DNA from: Fimbriimonadales bacterium
Lineage (GTDB): Bacteria > Armatimonadota > Fimbriimonadia > Fimbriimonadales > ATM1
Direction: 5' to 3'
Assembly: GCA_041744215.1 (NCBI GenBank)
Contig: JBGTLG010000005.1
Span: forward strand, 1 to 64,000
Length of the DNA stretch: 64,000 nt
Below, piece by piece: positions 39,534 to 48,192 of the stretch; the stretch's first letter is position 1, and every line of letters begins with the position of its first letter. A model generated the notes under the pieces. It was not told the origin of the DNA. It did not search any database and was given only the letters and a program-made list of their open reading frames with translations. The position numbers were made by a program, and so were the translations under genes.

Positions 39534-40493
39534 TTAATGGAAAACGCTGGCACGTCGCAATCGATCAAGGATCGCCGCCCACTCTGGCTGCGGCGGAGGC
39601 TTTTCCACGACGATGGCGTCCAGCTCCAGCTGGTCCAGTTCGCGCAAAGTGGAGTACAGTGCCGCGCCATATTCGTCGGGCCCAGTCGGCATGCTCCTGA
39701 CCTCCGCCCCATCAATGCCCGTTACGCCGATAGGCATCCAGCCGACCTTCATTCCCGACTGGGTCAACGACTCCACGAGCGCCGATCCGTTCCCTTCGGC
39801 CAGGTGCAGCCGCGTGCGCGTCGCGTAGTGCCGCTCGCCTTGACCTGGCGACCGTGAAGGTCCGGTCTCCGGCCCAGTCTCGACTTGCCCGACGATCAAC
39901 TCGATTTGAGCACGCGAGACGGATCCTGGCCGGAGGATTCTCGGGGGCGAGGTGGTTACGTCCAAAACCGTGCTCTCGATCCCCTTGGGGCTCTGTCCGC
40001 CATCAATGACGATTTCTACACTTCCTTCGAGATCATCCAGCACGTGGCGAGCGGTTACCGCTGAGACTCCCGTTGATCTATTCGCGCTCGGGGCGGCGAT
40101 CGGCACACCTGCGGCCAAGATCAACGCTGAAGCAATCGGATGGGACGGGCAGCGCAAACCGACCGTTGGCCCGCCAGCTGTCACTGGGCCTGGGACAACG
40201 CCGGATTTCCAAACAACCAAAGTTAGTGCGCCAGGCCAAAAACTGTCTGCAAGCTCTCGGGGCACTTTCCCGAGTTGCGATGCCATTTCAAAACCTGATA
40301 CGTGGACGATCAGGGGGTTGGCCTGTTCGCGGTGCTTCGCCTCGAAGATGCGGCGCACTGCAGATTCGTCCAGAGCGTTTCCGCCCAGCCCGTAAACAGT
40401 CTCAGTCGGAAACGCGACAAGGCCGCCTGCAAGGATGACCTCAGCAGCTTCGCGGATCGTCTCCGCGGTGGGTGGGAGCAGTCGCGTTCTCAC
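39534..40493 (-). CDS. tsaC: Threonylcarbamoyl-AMP synthase (Sua5-type)
   Basis: VAFPTETVYGLG, NPLIVH, AAPSAN, ESTVLD, SPGQ..RHY, AILDRLRRA. Confidence 0.95.
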   Translation of the reverse strand: MRTRLLPPTAETIREAAEVILAGGLVAFPTETVYGLGGNALDESAVRRIFEAKHREQANPLIVHVSGFEMASQLGKVPRELADSFWPGALTLVVWKSGVVPGPVTAGGPTVGLRCPSHPIASALILAAGVPIAAPSANRSTGVSAVTARHVLDDLEGSVEIVIDGGQSPKGIESTVLDVTTSPPRILRPGSVSRAQIELIVGQVETGPETGPSRSPGQGERHYATRTRLHLAEGNGSALVESLTQSGMKVGWMPIGVTGIDGAEVRSMPTGPDEYGAALYSTLRELDQLELDAIVVEKPPPQPEWAAILDRLRRASVFH

Positions 40494-40529
40494 GTTGCGA
40501 GTTTACAGGAGTGCTGATACAATGACCGA

Positions 40530-40811
40530 ATGAGAATCAGATGGCTTGGTTTGATTTGCTTGGCTGTTGCGGTGCTCGGCTGCGGGGCCGAACCTGCGCC
40601 TGACCAGGCCCAAGGCGATGGTGGTGGGGGCGGAGCCGGGGGCGGAATGGTCACCTCACCGGGCGCCGGGCCGATCGCTCCGGTTGATCCTTACACCGAA
40701 CTCGGCGGTGGGGGTGGCGGCGCGCAGGGTCAGGTCGCAAAGGACCGGGCAAAGTCGGCGGCTGCAAAGGCCGGGCAGGGGTCTCTGGGCGGCTACACCG
40801 AGGGGGAGTAG
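40530..40811 (+). CDS. Small Gly-rich lipoprotein
   Basis: MRIRWLGLICLAVAVLGC lipobox; poly-Gly tracts; TACAAT 6 nt before ATG. Confidence 0.75.
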   Translation: MRIRWLGLICLAVAVLGCGAEPAPDQAQGDGGGGGAGGGMVTSPGAGPIAPVDPYTELGGGGGGAQGQVAKDRAKSAAAKAGQGSLGGYTEGE

Positions 40812-40997
40812 TTACTCGCCGCTTCTCTGGCGATACTTCTTAGCTTGGTCAGGATCAACTTTTCGCATTCGGCGCAACAGTTCATTGTCGCCGCCAGGTT
40901 TCTTTATGTCGCGCTTGGGCGGTCCGCTGTCGTCGCCCGGTTTCCGCTCGGGAGTGGGGATATCTCGTTCTCGGCGTTCCGCATGGATTCGCATCAT
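40812..40997 (-). CDS. ubact: Ubiquitin-like protein UBact
   Basis: 61 aa, charged and disordered; ends LLRRMRKVDPDQAKKYRQRSGE matching the UBact R[ST]G[EQ] terminus; Dop and PafA homologues within ~7 kb. Confidence 0.92.
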   Translation of the reverse strand: MMRIHAERRERDIPTPERKPGDDSGPPKRDIKKPGGDNELLRRMRKVDPDQAKKYRQRSGE

Positions 40998-41054
40998 AGG
41001 ACTTATACCGTCCTTTCGACAGAAAACGTGGCATCGGAGCGGTAATCTCTCCCA

Positions 41055-41510
41055 ATGGACTCGATCAGGATCGTCCGTGCCGACCTGGAAAATGACGCGC
41101 ACGTGAGTGCGATTTGCGAGCTCACGAACATGTACGCCTTCAATGCGACAGGCGAGCCACTTGACCCAGCAGTGCTCAACAATTTACCCGAGGCGTTGCG
41201 AGCGCATCCATCGATCGAGGCGTTGATTGCCTACATCCAGGATCAGGCAATTGGCATTGCGACTTGTGTGCTATCTTTCTCCAGTTTCTCAGCAAAGCCA
41301 ATTCTCAACCTGCATGATCTTGCGGTGCGCCCGGACTATCGCAACCTGGGTATCGGGCGAAAGTTGCTCATTGCAGTGGAAGAACTCGCGCGAGAATTGG
41401 GCTGTTGCAAGGTCAGTTTAGAAGTCCACCCGACAAACCCGGCGCGAGATTTGTATCGGCGGTGCGGATTCGAAGAAGTGTCGATCTATTGTGTTAAGGA
41501 ACCGCTGTGA
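41055..41510 (+). CDS. GNAT acetyltransferase
   Basis: LNLHDLAVRPDYRNLGIGRKLL acetyl-CoA motif; N.ARDLYRRCGF. Confidence 0.92.
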   Translation: MDSIRIVRADLENDAHVSAICELTNMYAFNATGEPLDPAVLNNLPEALRAHPSIEALIAYIQDQAIGIATCVLSFSSFSAKPILNLHDLAVRPDYRNLGIGRKLLIAVEELARELGCCKVSLEVHPTNPARDLYRRCGFEEVSIYCVKEPL

Positions 41511-41642
41511 GTTGCGCGACGCCCGAGTCATACTTCCTGCAGGCTTATTGAACTGCTGATCACTCTTCGGGCGAAGGAAAGGGCACGCTACAGGTCCACG
41601 GCGTCGACACGATGTCAGCTTGCTTCTCCATCGCAAGCCATC

Positions 41643-43370
41643 CTACAAGCCGAAGGCTTTTACGATGTCCTGATTCGTGTGGAACGTGGCGGATTCTGCG
41701 GGTGTGTCGTAGACAATGAACTCTTCTCGTTTATTCTTATCGCAGGTCACCCATCCGTCGTCGATCATCGCCTCTAAGGTGGCAATGGCATAGTCCATGC
41801 CCATCGCAATTGTCGGATACTTCGGATTCTCATAGAAGTAGTTTTCGAGCCATTGGAGCGCGCGCACGATACGGTGGTCTTCTTGGAGCATTTTAATCAC
41901 GAGCCCGAACATCCCGTAGTTCGGTAGCAGCTTTCCGTTGCGCTTATAACATGGCGTCGTCCACACCTTTCCTTCGGAGAACACCGGAAACGTAGATTCT
42001 TCTGCACCCTCTAAGTCGAGCTTGAAGACGTTGTATTCGCTGACTTTCCACGTCGCACGCGTTTGGCTGATCCGAGCAAGTTGAATTTTAACAGCTTGAA
42101 TAGCGAAACCGCCCAACATTGGAACGACGGGGTCATCGTTGGTGAACCCGCCAGTGGCCATCCAGCCGAACGCGGCGTTCGAACTCATATCGTGCCCAGA
42201 CTCCTTCGCGATAGTCTTGCAATAGTCAACCAAGTCGGTAAACGCGCCGTTCGAGCTGTACCAAAAGTCTGCGAACTTGATGTGCTGCAGGATTTGGCTG
42301 CGCTGTTTATCAGAGTAATAGGATTTGAGCCACTCGCCATCGTGAGAGCCTTGCATCTCGGCGATGATCGAGTAAGCGACCTGGCGGGCGCCGAACATTG
42401 CGAGTGTGAGCCCTGCGGAGAGTATCGGATCGGCAAATCCGCAGCTATCGCCAGCAAGGTACCAGTTCTCTCCGGCGAGGCGGTCGGCGATGTACGACCA
42501 GTCGTTGGTCGTCCGAATCACATTCTCGCGAGTGGCCTTGCGAATGAGCTCAGCGATAAGCGGATCCTGCTTCACAGCCTTCGCATACAAATCCTCAGGT
42601 CGCTCTCCAGACTTCTTGTAGTGCTCGAGCGGAAGTACTAAGCCCAAGCTCGTCTTCGTTGGGGCGATGGGAATGAACCAGAGCCAGCCCCAATCAATCG
42701 AGACAACCAAAATGCGTGTCCCTCCAGCGCCGACCTTCACTGCCCAATCAGCGTTGTCCCAGTAGTCCCAAATCGCGATGTTTCGGAGTGAAGTAGGATA
42801 GTCGGCTTCGACGCCCAGCGCCTTGCGCAGAATGCTCGAAACGCCCGAAGCGTCGACATACTGTTTTGCGCGAATTGTCTCGCCCGATTGGAGCACCAAC
42901 CCGTCGACGTGATCACCGGTTGATTTTACTTCGACAACTTTCGTCTCCTCCCGCACGTCACAACCAAGTTCAGCTGCATGATCAAGTAAGATCTCGTCGA
43001 ACACCGGGCGGTAGACTTGCCATGTAGTGTGGACTCGCTGGCCTTCAAAGGTGCCGGGCCTCTGATCCTCGCGGAACAGATGTGTGGGAAGGAACTCGAA
43101 ATCCCAGAGGTCGCGCTTCTTTCCCCATCGGCAGGTCGCGCCAATCTTAATCGGGAACTCTGCGGCCTCTACTTTGTCCCACGCCCCCATCTCATGGATA
43201 ACTTGAGGCACTATTGGCAAGAGGCTCTCGCCAATATGGTCACGAGGGAACTTTTCGCGCTCGAGGATCACAACTCGGCAGTCGGGCATATACTTTTTCA
43301 ACAAGCTGCCACAACAGCTTCCCGCCGGTCCACCACCAATTATGGCTACATCAAACTGAACTTCCTGCAT
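41643..43370 (-). CDS. Flavin-dependent halogenase family protein
   Basis: IIGGGPAGS, FPRDHIGESLLP, WGWLWFIPI (WxWxIP), GDSCGFADPILSAG. Confidence 0.88.
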   Translation of the reverse strand: MQEVQFDVAIIGGGPAGSCCGSLLKKYMPDCRVVILEREKFPRDHIGESLLPIVPQVIHEMGAWDKVEAAEFPIKIGATCRWGKKRDLWDFEFLPTHLFREDQRPGTFEGQRVHTTWQVYRPVFDEILLDHAAELGCDVREETKVVEVKSTGDHVDGLVLQSGETIRAKQYVDASGVSSILRKALGVEADYPTSLRNIAIWDYWDNADWAVKVGAGGTRILVVSIDWGWLWFIPIAPTKTSLGLVLPLEHYKKSGERPEDLYAKAVKQDPLIAELIRKATRENVIRTTNDWSYIADRLAGENWYLAGDSCGFADPILSAGLTLAMFGARQVAYSIIAEMQGSHDGEWLKSYYSDKQRSQILQHIKFADFWYSSNGAFTDLVDYCKTIAKESGHDMSSNAAFGWMATGGFTNDDPVVPMLGGFAIQAVKIQLARISQTRATWKVSEYNVFKLDLEGAEESTFPVFSEGKVWTTPCYKRNGKLLPNYGMFGLVIKMLQEDHRIVRALQWLENYFYENPKYPTIAMGMDYAIATLEAMIDDGWVTCDKNKREEFIVYDTPAESATFHTNQDIVKAFGL

Positions 43371-43567
43371 CACACCCGCTCCCTATCGGCCTATCCGTTT
43401 TCCCTCCTCGGGCGCCAACCCTGGGTCTAAAGAGCCGATAGTCGAATGTACCACGTTGCCACCTGCTGGGGCTATACGCGCTGAGAGTGCCCGGACTGCT
43501 GACAAAGGGAAACGATGCTGCCAGCGAAGTGCCAGGTGACCGCCGTATGATGGGCGACTAAGGCTTC

Positions 43568-43906
43568 ATGCGTACCTTTCGCGATCCCACCGTTCAGTTC
43601 TGTGTGGCGCTGATCACCGCACCTCTGCTTGCCATAACGGGGAGTTCAATCGCGTCGTCGAATTCCTTTTTCTGGGGAACATCAGTCGGGTGGTTTCTCA
43701 CTGTCGTTGTCATTGCTTACTTCGCATGGCGGTCTGTGCGTCACCAGTGGCGGAGCGCGCCAAAGCAGGCGGAAACGGGTAGGCCAGATCTAGCGAAGAT
43801 GGGTCCTATTGATATCGGGCTGTTACTTGGAATCACCTTCGTCGCTGTTCTGGGAGCCGCCGGTGCCGTGGTCGCGCTGATAGCAGTGGTAATGACTATG
43901 AGTTGA
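43568..43906 (+). CDS. Hypothetical membrane protein (3 TM)
   Basis: 112-aa ORF with three hydrophobic segments filling an intergenic gap. Confidence 0.6.
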   Translation: MRTFRDPTVQFCVALITAPLLAITGSSIASSNSFFWGTSVGWFLTVVVIAYFAWRSVRHQWRSAPKQAETGRPDLAKMGPIDIGLLLGITFVAVLGAAGAVVALIAVVMTMS

Positions 43907-43920
43907 ACTGAGTTTCTAAA

Positions 43921-45312
43921 CTACTCCCCGATCAGGAACTCGTATTCTTCGCCACTTTTCAACTTTGCCCTTCGCCACCCAATTGTCTCTAGACCTTCGC
44001 GCATGTGAGTAACGAGATCTCCGCGTTGCTTAGCGCGGGTGTCCTGTGGCGGCGTTGTCGTCGCCTCGATAACGCGACTCTCGGGGATGATCGTCTGGCC
44101 GCGGCCCATTTCGATCCATGCGGTGAATAGCGACTCCTGTGGATCAAGGTTGTGATACTCCATGTCCAGTGACTGCATATGCGCGAGGTCCCACTTGCCC
44201 TCCGCCTGAGAAAACTCTTCGAGCATTGCAAGCTTCGCTGCCCAATCGACCCGGTCTGACAGCTTGTGTGGATCGAGTGCTGCATCAGTTTGTGCAAGTC
44301 GCCATTCCGCCAGCGCCCAATCGGTTTCGGCATCGCGATGGAGGAAGTGCCGCTCAGCGGCCGAGAGATACCCATCCAGAACATCGATCGCAGTCGTCCA
44401 CGACGAGCCTTCGAGCTCCAGCCGCCATTGGAGGCCTTCGTCCTTGCTGAGAGCTTCCGCTGCACGAGGAGGATTACAGATCTCAAAACGAGGAGCCTCG
44501 CCAATGGATATCAGATCCAGAGCGAGCTGAGTCGTAGCGACTTTCATTGCCGTCGCCCACGGCATCCTGTTGGCATCGCCACAGATAACGTGGACTCTAC
44601 GCCACTTGTTTGGGTCTGCATGCGGTTCGTCGCGAGTATTGAAAATGGGCCGACGGTAGAGCGTCTCGATGTTCGCGACTTCATGAAAGAAGTCCGCGCG
44701 TTGGCTGATTTGGTAGCGACACGCTCGTCCTGCCTCGGCGCCGACTTTTCCCGCACCAAACATAACAATGCGCGTCACGAGAAATGGAAGCAAGTCGCGA
44801 ATCAGTTGATCCGGCGAGGCTTTGCGGGGGAATAGGTAGTTTTCGTGAGTCCCATAGCTCGCGCCGTGAAAATCGGTGTTGTTCTTGAAAACCCGTGTGC
44901 GCTGGCCGGTTGACCGTTCGAACGCAGTTGCCGTCGCAAGAAGCACACGTTCACCCGCGAGATCGTGCGCTACGATGTCAGAGATGTGAGAGCATTCCGG
45001 AGTTGCGTACTCCGGATGTCCATGATCGTTGTAAAGTCGTGCGCCGTTGGTCAGTACACGGTTCGCATGAAGATCGCGATCCATCGTTCGCGTTTTGCCG
45101 GTGTCGAACTCCGCGTCGACAGGATCATAAGCGAGGTCCTTGACTTGGAAACCTCTAATGTCCTGACGCGGTGACTCGAAGCCGTAATCCCAGCCGACGA
45201 AAGCGGGGAAGGGGCAATGTTCCACGAAGGCCGCCGAGTCGTCGATTTGCTCGGCGGCCCCGCGGCCTTCGATACTCAGGCCGTACTCGGTTTCAATTCC
45301 GAATAGGCGCAC
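43921..45312 (-). CDS. dop: Dop-like deamidase/depupylase (PafA2 family)
   Basis: GIETEYG, VLTNGARLYNDHGHPEYATPEC, KNNTD..GASYGTHENY, SQRADFF, RPIFNTRDEPHAD, RVHVICGDAN. Confidence 0.92.
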   Translation of the reverse strand: MRLFGIETEYGLSIEGRGAAEQIDDSAAFVEHCPFPAFVGWDYGFESPRQDIRGFQVKDLAYDPVDAEFDTGKTRTMDRDLHANRVLTNGARLYNDHGHPEYATPECSHISDIVAHDLAGERVLLATATAFERSTGQRTRVFKNNTDFHGASYGTHENYLFPRKASPDQLIRDLLPFLVTRIVMFGAGKVGAEAGRACRYQISQRADFFHEVANIETLYRRPIFNTRDEPHADPNKWRRVHVICGDANRMPWATAMKVATTQLALDLISIGEAPRFEICNPPRAAEALSKDEGLQWRLELEGSSWTTAIDVLDGYLSAAERHFLHRDAETDWALAEWRLAQTDAALDPHKLSDRVDWAAKLAMLEEFSQAEGKWDLAHMQSLDMEYHNLDPQESLFTAWIEMGRGQTIIPESRVIEATTTPPQDTRAKQRGDLVTHMREGLETIGWRRAKLKSGEEYEFLIGE

Positions 45313-45322
45313 ATTGCTTGTT

Positions 45323-45970
45323 TTACTTGAGAACGCCGGTCACTGTCGCATCGACGGGCTGACCGTCTGCCATCGGGACGATCCAATTCTTGATCTTGAT
45401 TTCAAACTTCAACACCTTGCCGTCTCGACTGACCCAGTACATTCCGTCGGAACTCGTCCGATCACCGGCATCCTCCGAGGTGGTCATGTGTATTTTGAGA
45501 GCCTCTTTGTCGCCGACCTTCTCTTCGCCTCGGGCTTCACACTTAAAGGTGAAAGTTCCGCCCTCGGAGCCTCTGTGTTCTAGCGTCCACTTGTCGCCGA
45601 TTGATACTGGCTTGTCTGGATAGACGAGAAAGATCGGAGCAGACATCCGTCGGAACGCGTCCCCGTGTTCGCTTTGACTCGCGAGTGCGTTGCCGCGGGG
45701 ACTGAGCCGGAGATCAAACTCTCCGTCGCTATCTTGCGCCATGCCTTCAACTTCCAGGTCAGCGAAGACGACATTCCCTCGCGTCTCCTTTTCCGAGACT
45801 TCTGTCACTCGAAACACGTACGTTAGCCGGACGCTAAGGTCTGTGCCTTGAACATTCACCGCGACGTTCGTGTTCCATGCGGTAGTTTCTCCCTTCTGAA
45901 AGGGCGGAGCAAGCTCCCACGCTTGTGCGGGGGCTGAGAGTGTTAGCAAGGCCAATGTGGGCAGTATCAT
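45323..45970 (-). CDS. Secreted beta-rich hypothetical protein
   Basis: AGGAGG SD, ATG 45970, signal peptide MILPTLALLTLSAPAQA; YPDKPVSIGDKW. Confidence 0.75.
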   Translation of the reverse strand: MILPTLALLTLSAPAQAWELAPPFQKGETTAWNTNVAVNVQGTDLSVRLTYVFRVTEVSEKETRGNVVFADLEVEGMAQDSDGEFDLRLSPRGNALASQSEHGDAFRRMSAPIFLVYPDKPVSIGDKWTLEHRGSEGGTFTFKCEARGEEKVGDKEALKIHMTTSEDAGDRTSSDGMYWVSRDGKVLKFEIKIKNWIVPMADGQPVDATVTGVLK

Positions 45971-46028
45971 GGTGTCCTCCTGATTGTGGGTTGTAGTCGG
46001 TACTTGTGGGTTATGAGTTGGGTTGCCG

Positions 46029-46628
46029 CTACCAGGCGAAAGTCCCGACAAACGCAGCAGATTCCTCGCCTCGGCTCCACGTTTCACCAAGAAGTGGATC
46101 GCAAAATGACTGCCGTTGGACAGTAGCCACATCGACTTTGGTGCCGAGAACCAGGGGCTTGAACCACAGGACGCCCGCCATAGAGCAGGTGTGACATTCA
46201 GAAGAATTGGTTTCGGCTGCTATCACCGTGATTCCGCCCGCCGAGACTCTCAACTCTGAGTCGAGCCCAGAAACCTCCAGCTGGATCTGCGCAGGTTGAA
46301 CTGAAACCACGGATCCGAGGCCTGCCCGCGGTTTTAGATAATCCGTCATCCTCTGCCCTTGCTCCTCGGTGGCTGCCGAGTCAATGTAGATAACTGCTTG
46401 GCGGTTTGCGCTCAAGTTGAGGTTGACGTCTCCCAACACGACTGCCGCTGCGGCGAGCCCGTCGAGCCCTTGGCCAGACTCGAAGCCTAAAGCGACAATT
46501 GCGCCCCGGCCGTCCGTCATGATCTCGCTGTTGTAGTGACAGGGTCCCGCGTAAATGGAGCACGTTCGGGTTTCGAAGTAGATTCCGGTGACTCCAATCG
46601 TCGCGACTGCTGCTATGGCTGTGAACAC
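46029..46628 (-). CDS. DUF1326-like protein
   Basis: YFETRTCSIYAGPCHYNSE, IYIDSAATEEQ; GGAGG SD. Confidence 0.65.
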   Translation of the reverse strand: MFTAIAAVATIGVTGIYFETRTCSIYAGPCHYNSEIMTDGRGAIVALGFESGQGLDGLAAAAVVLGDVNLNLSANRQAVIYIDSAATEEQGQRMTDYLKPRAGLGSVVSVQPAQIQLEVSGLDSELRVSAGGITVIAAETNSSECHTCSMAGVLWFKPLVLGTKVDVATVQRQSFCDPLLGETWSRGEESAAFVGTFAW

Positions 46629-46656
46629 TCGAATACCTCCGCTAGGTTGCTAGTCG

Positions 46657-46662
46657 ATTATA
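46657..46662 (-). promoter_or_regulatory. Consensus -10 box for the DUF1326-secreted protein unit
   Basis: Perfect TATAAT on minus strand 28 nt upstream of GTG 46628. Confidence 0.55.
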
Positions 46663-46683
46663 CGAGACTTAGTCCGAAATCGT

Positions 46684-48153
46684 TTACTTACCAGTTCCAC
46701 CGGCTTCTCGCTCGTATGTGTTGAACGGATCACTCAGCTCAACGACGGTTTGACGATCGAGGTGAACGGCGTCCCAGTCAACCCAATAAGTTGGTCGCTT
46801 GCTGGCGATCAGCTTTCTGATCAAAGCTGCGCGACCCTTAGCTCTCGTGTTATCTGGTGGCTCGGTCATCGCGTCGACAATTCTCAGATCGTCAACTACT
46901 TCAACCGCAGCGTCCATCTCGACGAGCCCCTGATGAAGGCTCCTTCTTGGGTCGATGTTGTGATACTCCAGGTCCACCGAGTGAAGCGCGTCATCATCCC
47001 ACCTTGCATCTGCCTCACGCATGTAGGTCTCCACAACTTGCTTCTTCGCTACCCAGTCAAGCTTCTTCGAGAGTGACATAGGGTCCCGTTCAAGCGCGTC
47101 AAGGGTCTCCTCCCAATTCGTAAGCGTCCAATCCGTGTCCTCATCCCTTCCTCGGAACTGTTGGGCGATTCCGAGATACTCACGATGGAGGTCGATTGCG
47201 GACATAGTGCGGCCACCATCCAGATGCACGATCCACCGGTACGATGGGTCGCGGCTCACCTCTCTTAACGCAGTAAGCGGATCTGGCATGAGCAGGTCGT
47301 CGGGAATCAGGTGATTTTCGACGAGGTCAAGCATCAGGCATGTCGTCCCAACTTTGAGGGCGTATGCAAACTGCATCTGATTCGCTTCACCGAACAAGAC
47401 GTGCAGACGGGTAGAGGCTCCATAGCTATAGAACGACTCCCACTTCGGATTGATGAGCGCGCGGTTGAATCGAACGCGGCTGGCAGTGAGCTTGATGATG
47501 TGGTCCGCACGTTGGCTGAGCTGAAAATCTACATCTTCGTCGGGTTGCACGCCATAGACATTCGAGACCCAAATGTAATCGACTGGGTTCGAAAACATCG
47601 TCGAGTTCGTTCGTGTGCCGGTGTAGTCGATGCGATGCCCACCGACCCGCCCGACCCCCGCGTATATCTGCCGCGTCACCAAGAATGGGTAGAGGTAGTT
47701 GACAGACTCCGTGAGGAACCGATCCTCGGACTTCACGAGATAGTTTTCGTGGCAGCCGAAAGTGTGCCCGCCGAAATGATCGACACTATTGTTGTAGAAC
47801 GCTGCGACCTCGCTGAGTCCTATCTCGTCGAGGGCCCTTACGATGATTCGTTGACCGGCGCGGTCTGAAGCAATGAGATCGAACAGGCGTCTGCACTCCG
47901 GTGTCGCATACTCTTCATGGGACCCCACTGCGTCCACGTAGAGCCTGCCGCCGTTAATGAGAAACCCGCCACTGTATGCCGGTTCGAAGGCCTCGTCCCG
48001 CGGGTGCAAGTCGTATACCCCGAGCTTCTGCGTTTCGAAGACGTGGTCCTTCACAGCCTCTACGACCGCCTCGTAAGTGTAGGGCTCGCCGGGTTCAACG
48101 AGACAGCCAAACTCGGTTTCTACTCCGAATATGCGGTTCATTCCTTCCGCCAC
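46684..48153 (-). CDS. pafA: PafA-like Pup/UBact--protein ligase
   Basis: RIFGVETEFG, GFLINGGRLYVDAVGSHEEYATPEC, GCHENY, LSQRADHI, RLHVLFGEAN, DWVAK, DLEYH, TRAKGR, VDWD. Confidence 0.9.
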   Translation of the reverse strand: MAEGMNRIFGVETEFGCLVEPGEPYTYEAVVEAVKDHVFETQKLGVYDLHPRDEAFEPAYSGGFLINGGRLYVDAVGSHEEYATPECRRLFDLIASDRAGQRIIVRALDEIGLSEVAAFYNNSVDHFGGHTFGCHENYLVKSEDRFLTESVNYLYPFLVTRQIYAGVGRVGGHRIDYTGTRTNSTMFSNPVDYIWVSNVYGVQPDEDVDFQLSQRADHIIKLTASRVRFNRALINPKWESFYSYGASTRLHVLFGEANQMQFAYALKVGTTCLMLDLVENHLIPDDLLMPDPLTALREVSRDPSYRWIVHLDGGRTMSAIDLHREYLGIAQQFRGRDEDTDWTLTNWEETLDALERDPMSLSKKLDWVAKKQVVETYMREADARWDDDALHSVDLEYHNIDPRRSLHQGLVEMDAAVEVVDDLRIVDAMTEPPDNTRAKGRAALIRKLIASKRPTYWVDWDAVHLDRQTVVELSDPFNTYEREAGGTGK

Positions 48154-48192
48154 GCCTCATTCTACGCCCAGCGACGGCGGTATCCTGCGGGC

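Noticed and set aside
41511-41642. Fluoride riboswitch-like GCGATGGAG on minus strand
   Set aside because: No GCURAUGAC pseudoknot partner; lies between convergent genes
43460-43540. TPP riboswitch (GGGG...CTGAGAG)
   Set aside because: Downstream conserved CUGAU/AAU/GCG.AGG elements not found; downstream gene unrelated to thiamine
47917-48192. N-terminal extensions in the ORF track (arnT here; also dapF, mraZ, UBact, dnaE, murG)
   Set aside because: They overlap neighbouring genes or regulatory DNA; downstream starts with SD or -10 signals fit family lengths better
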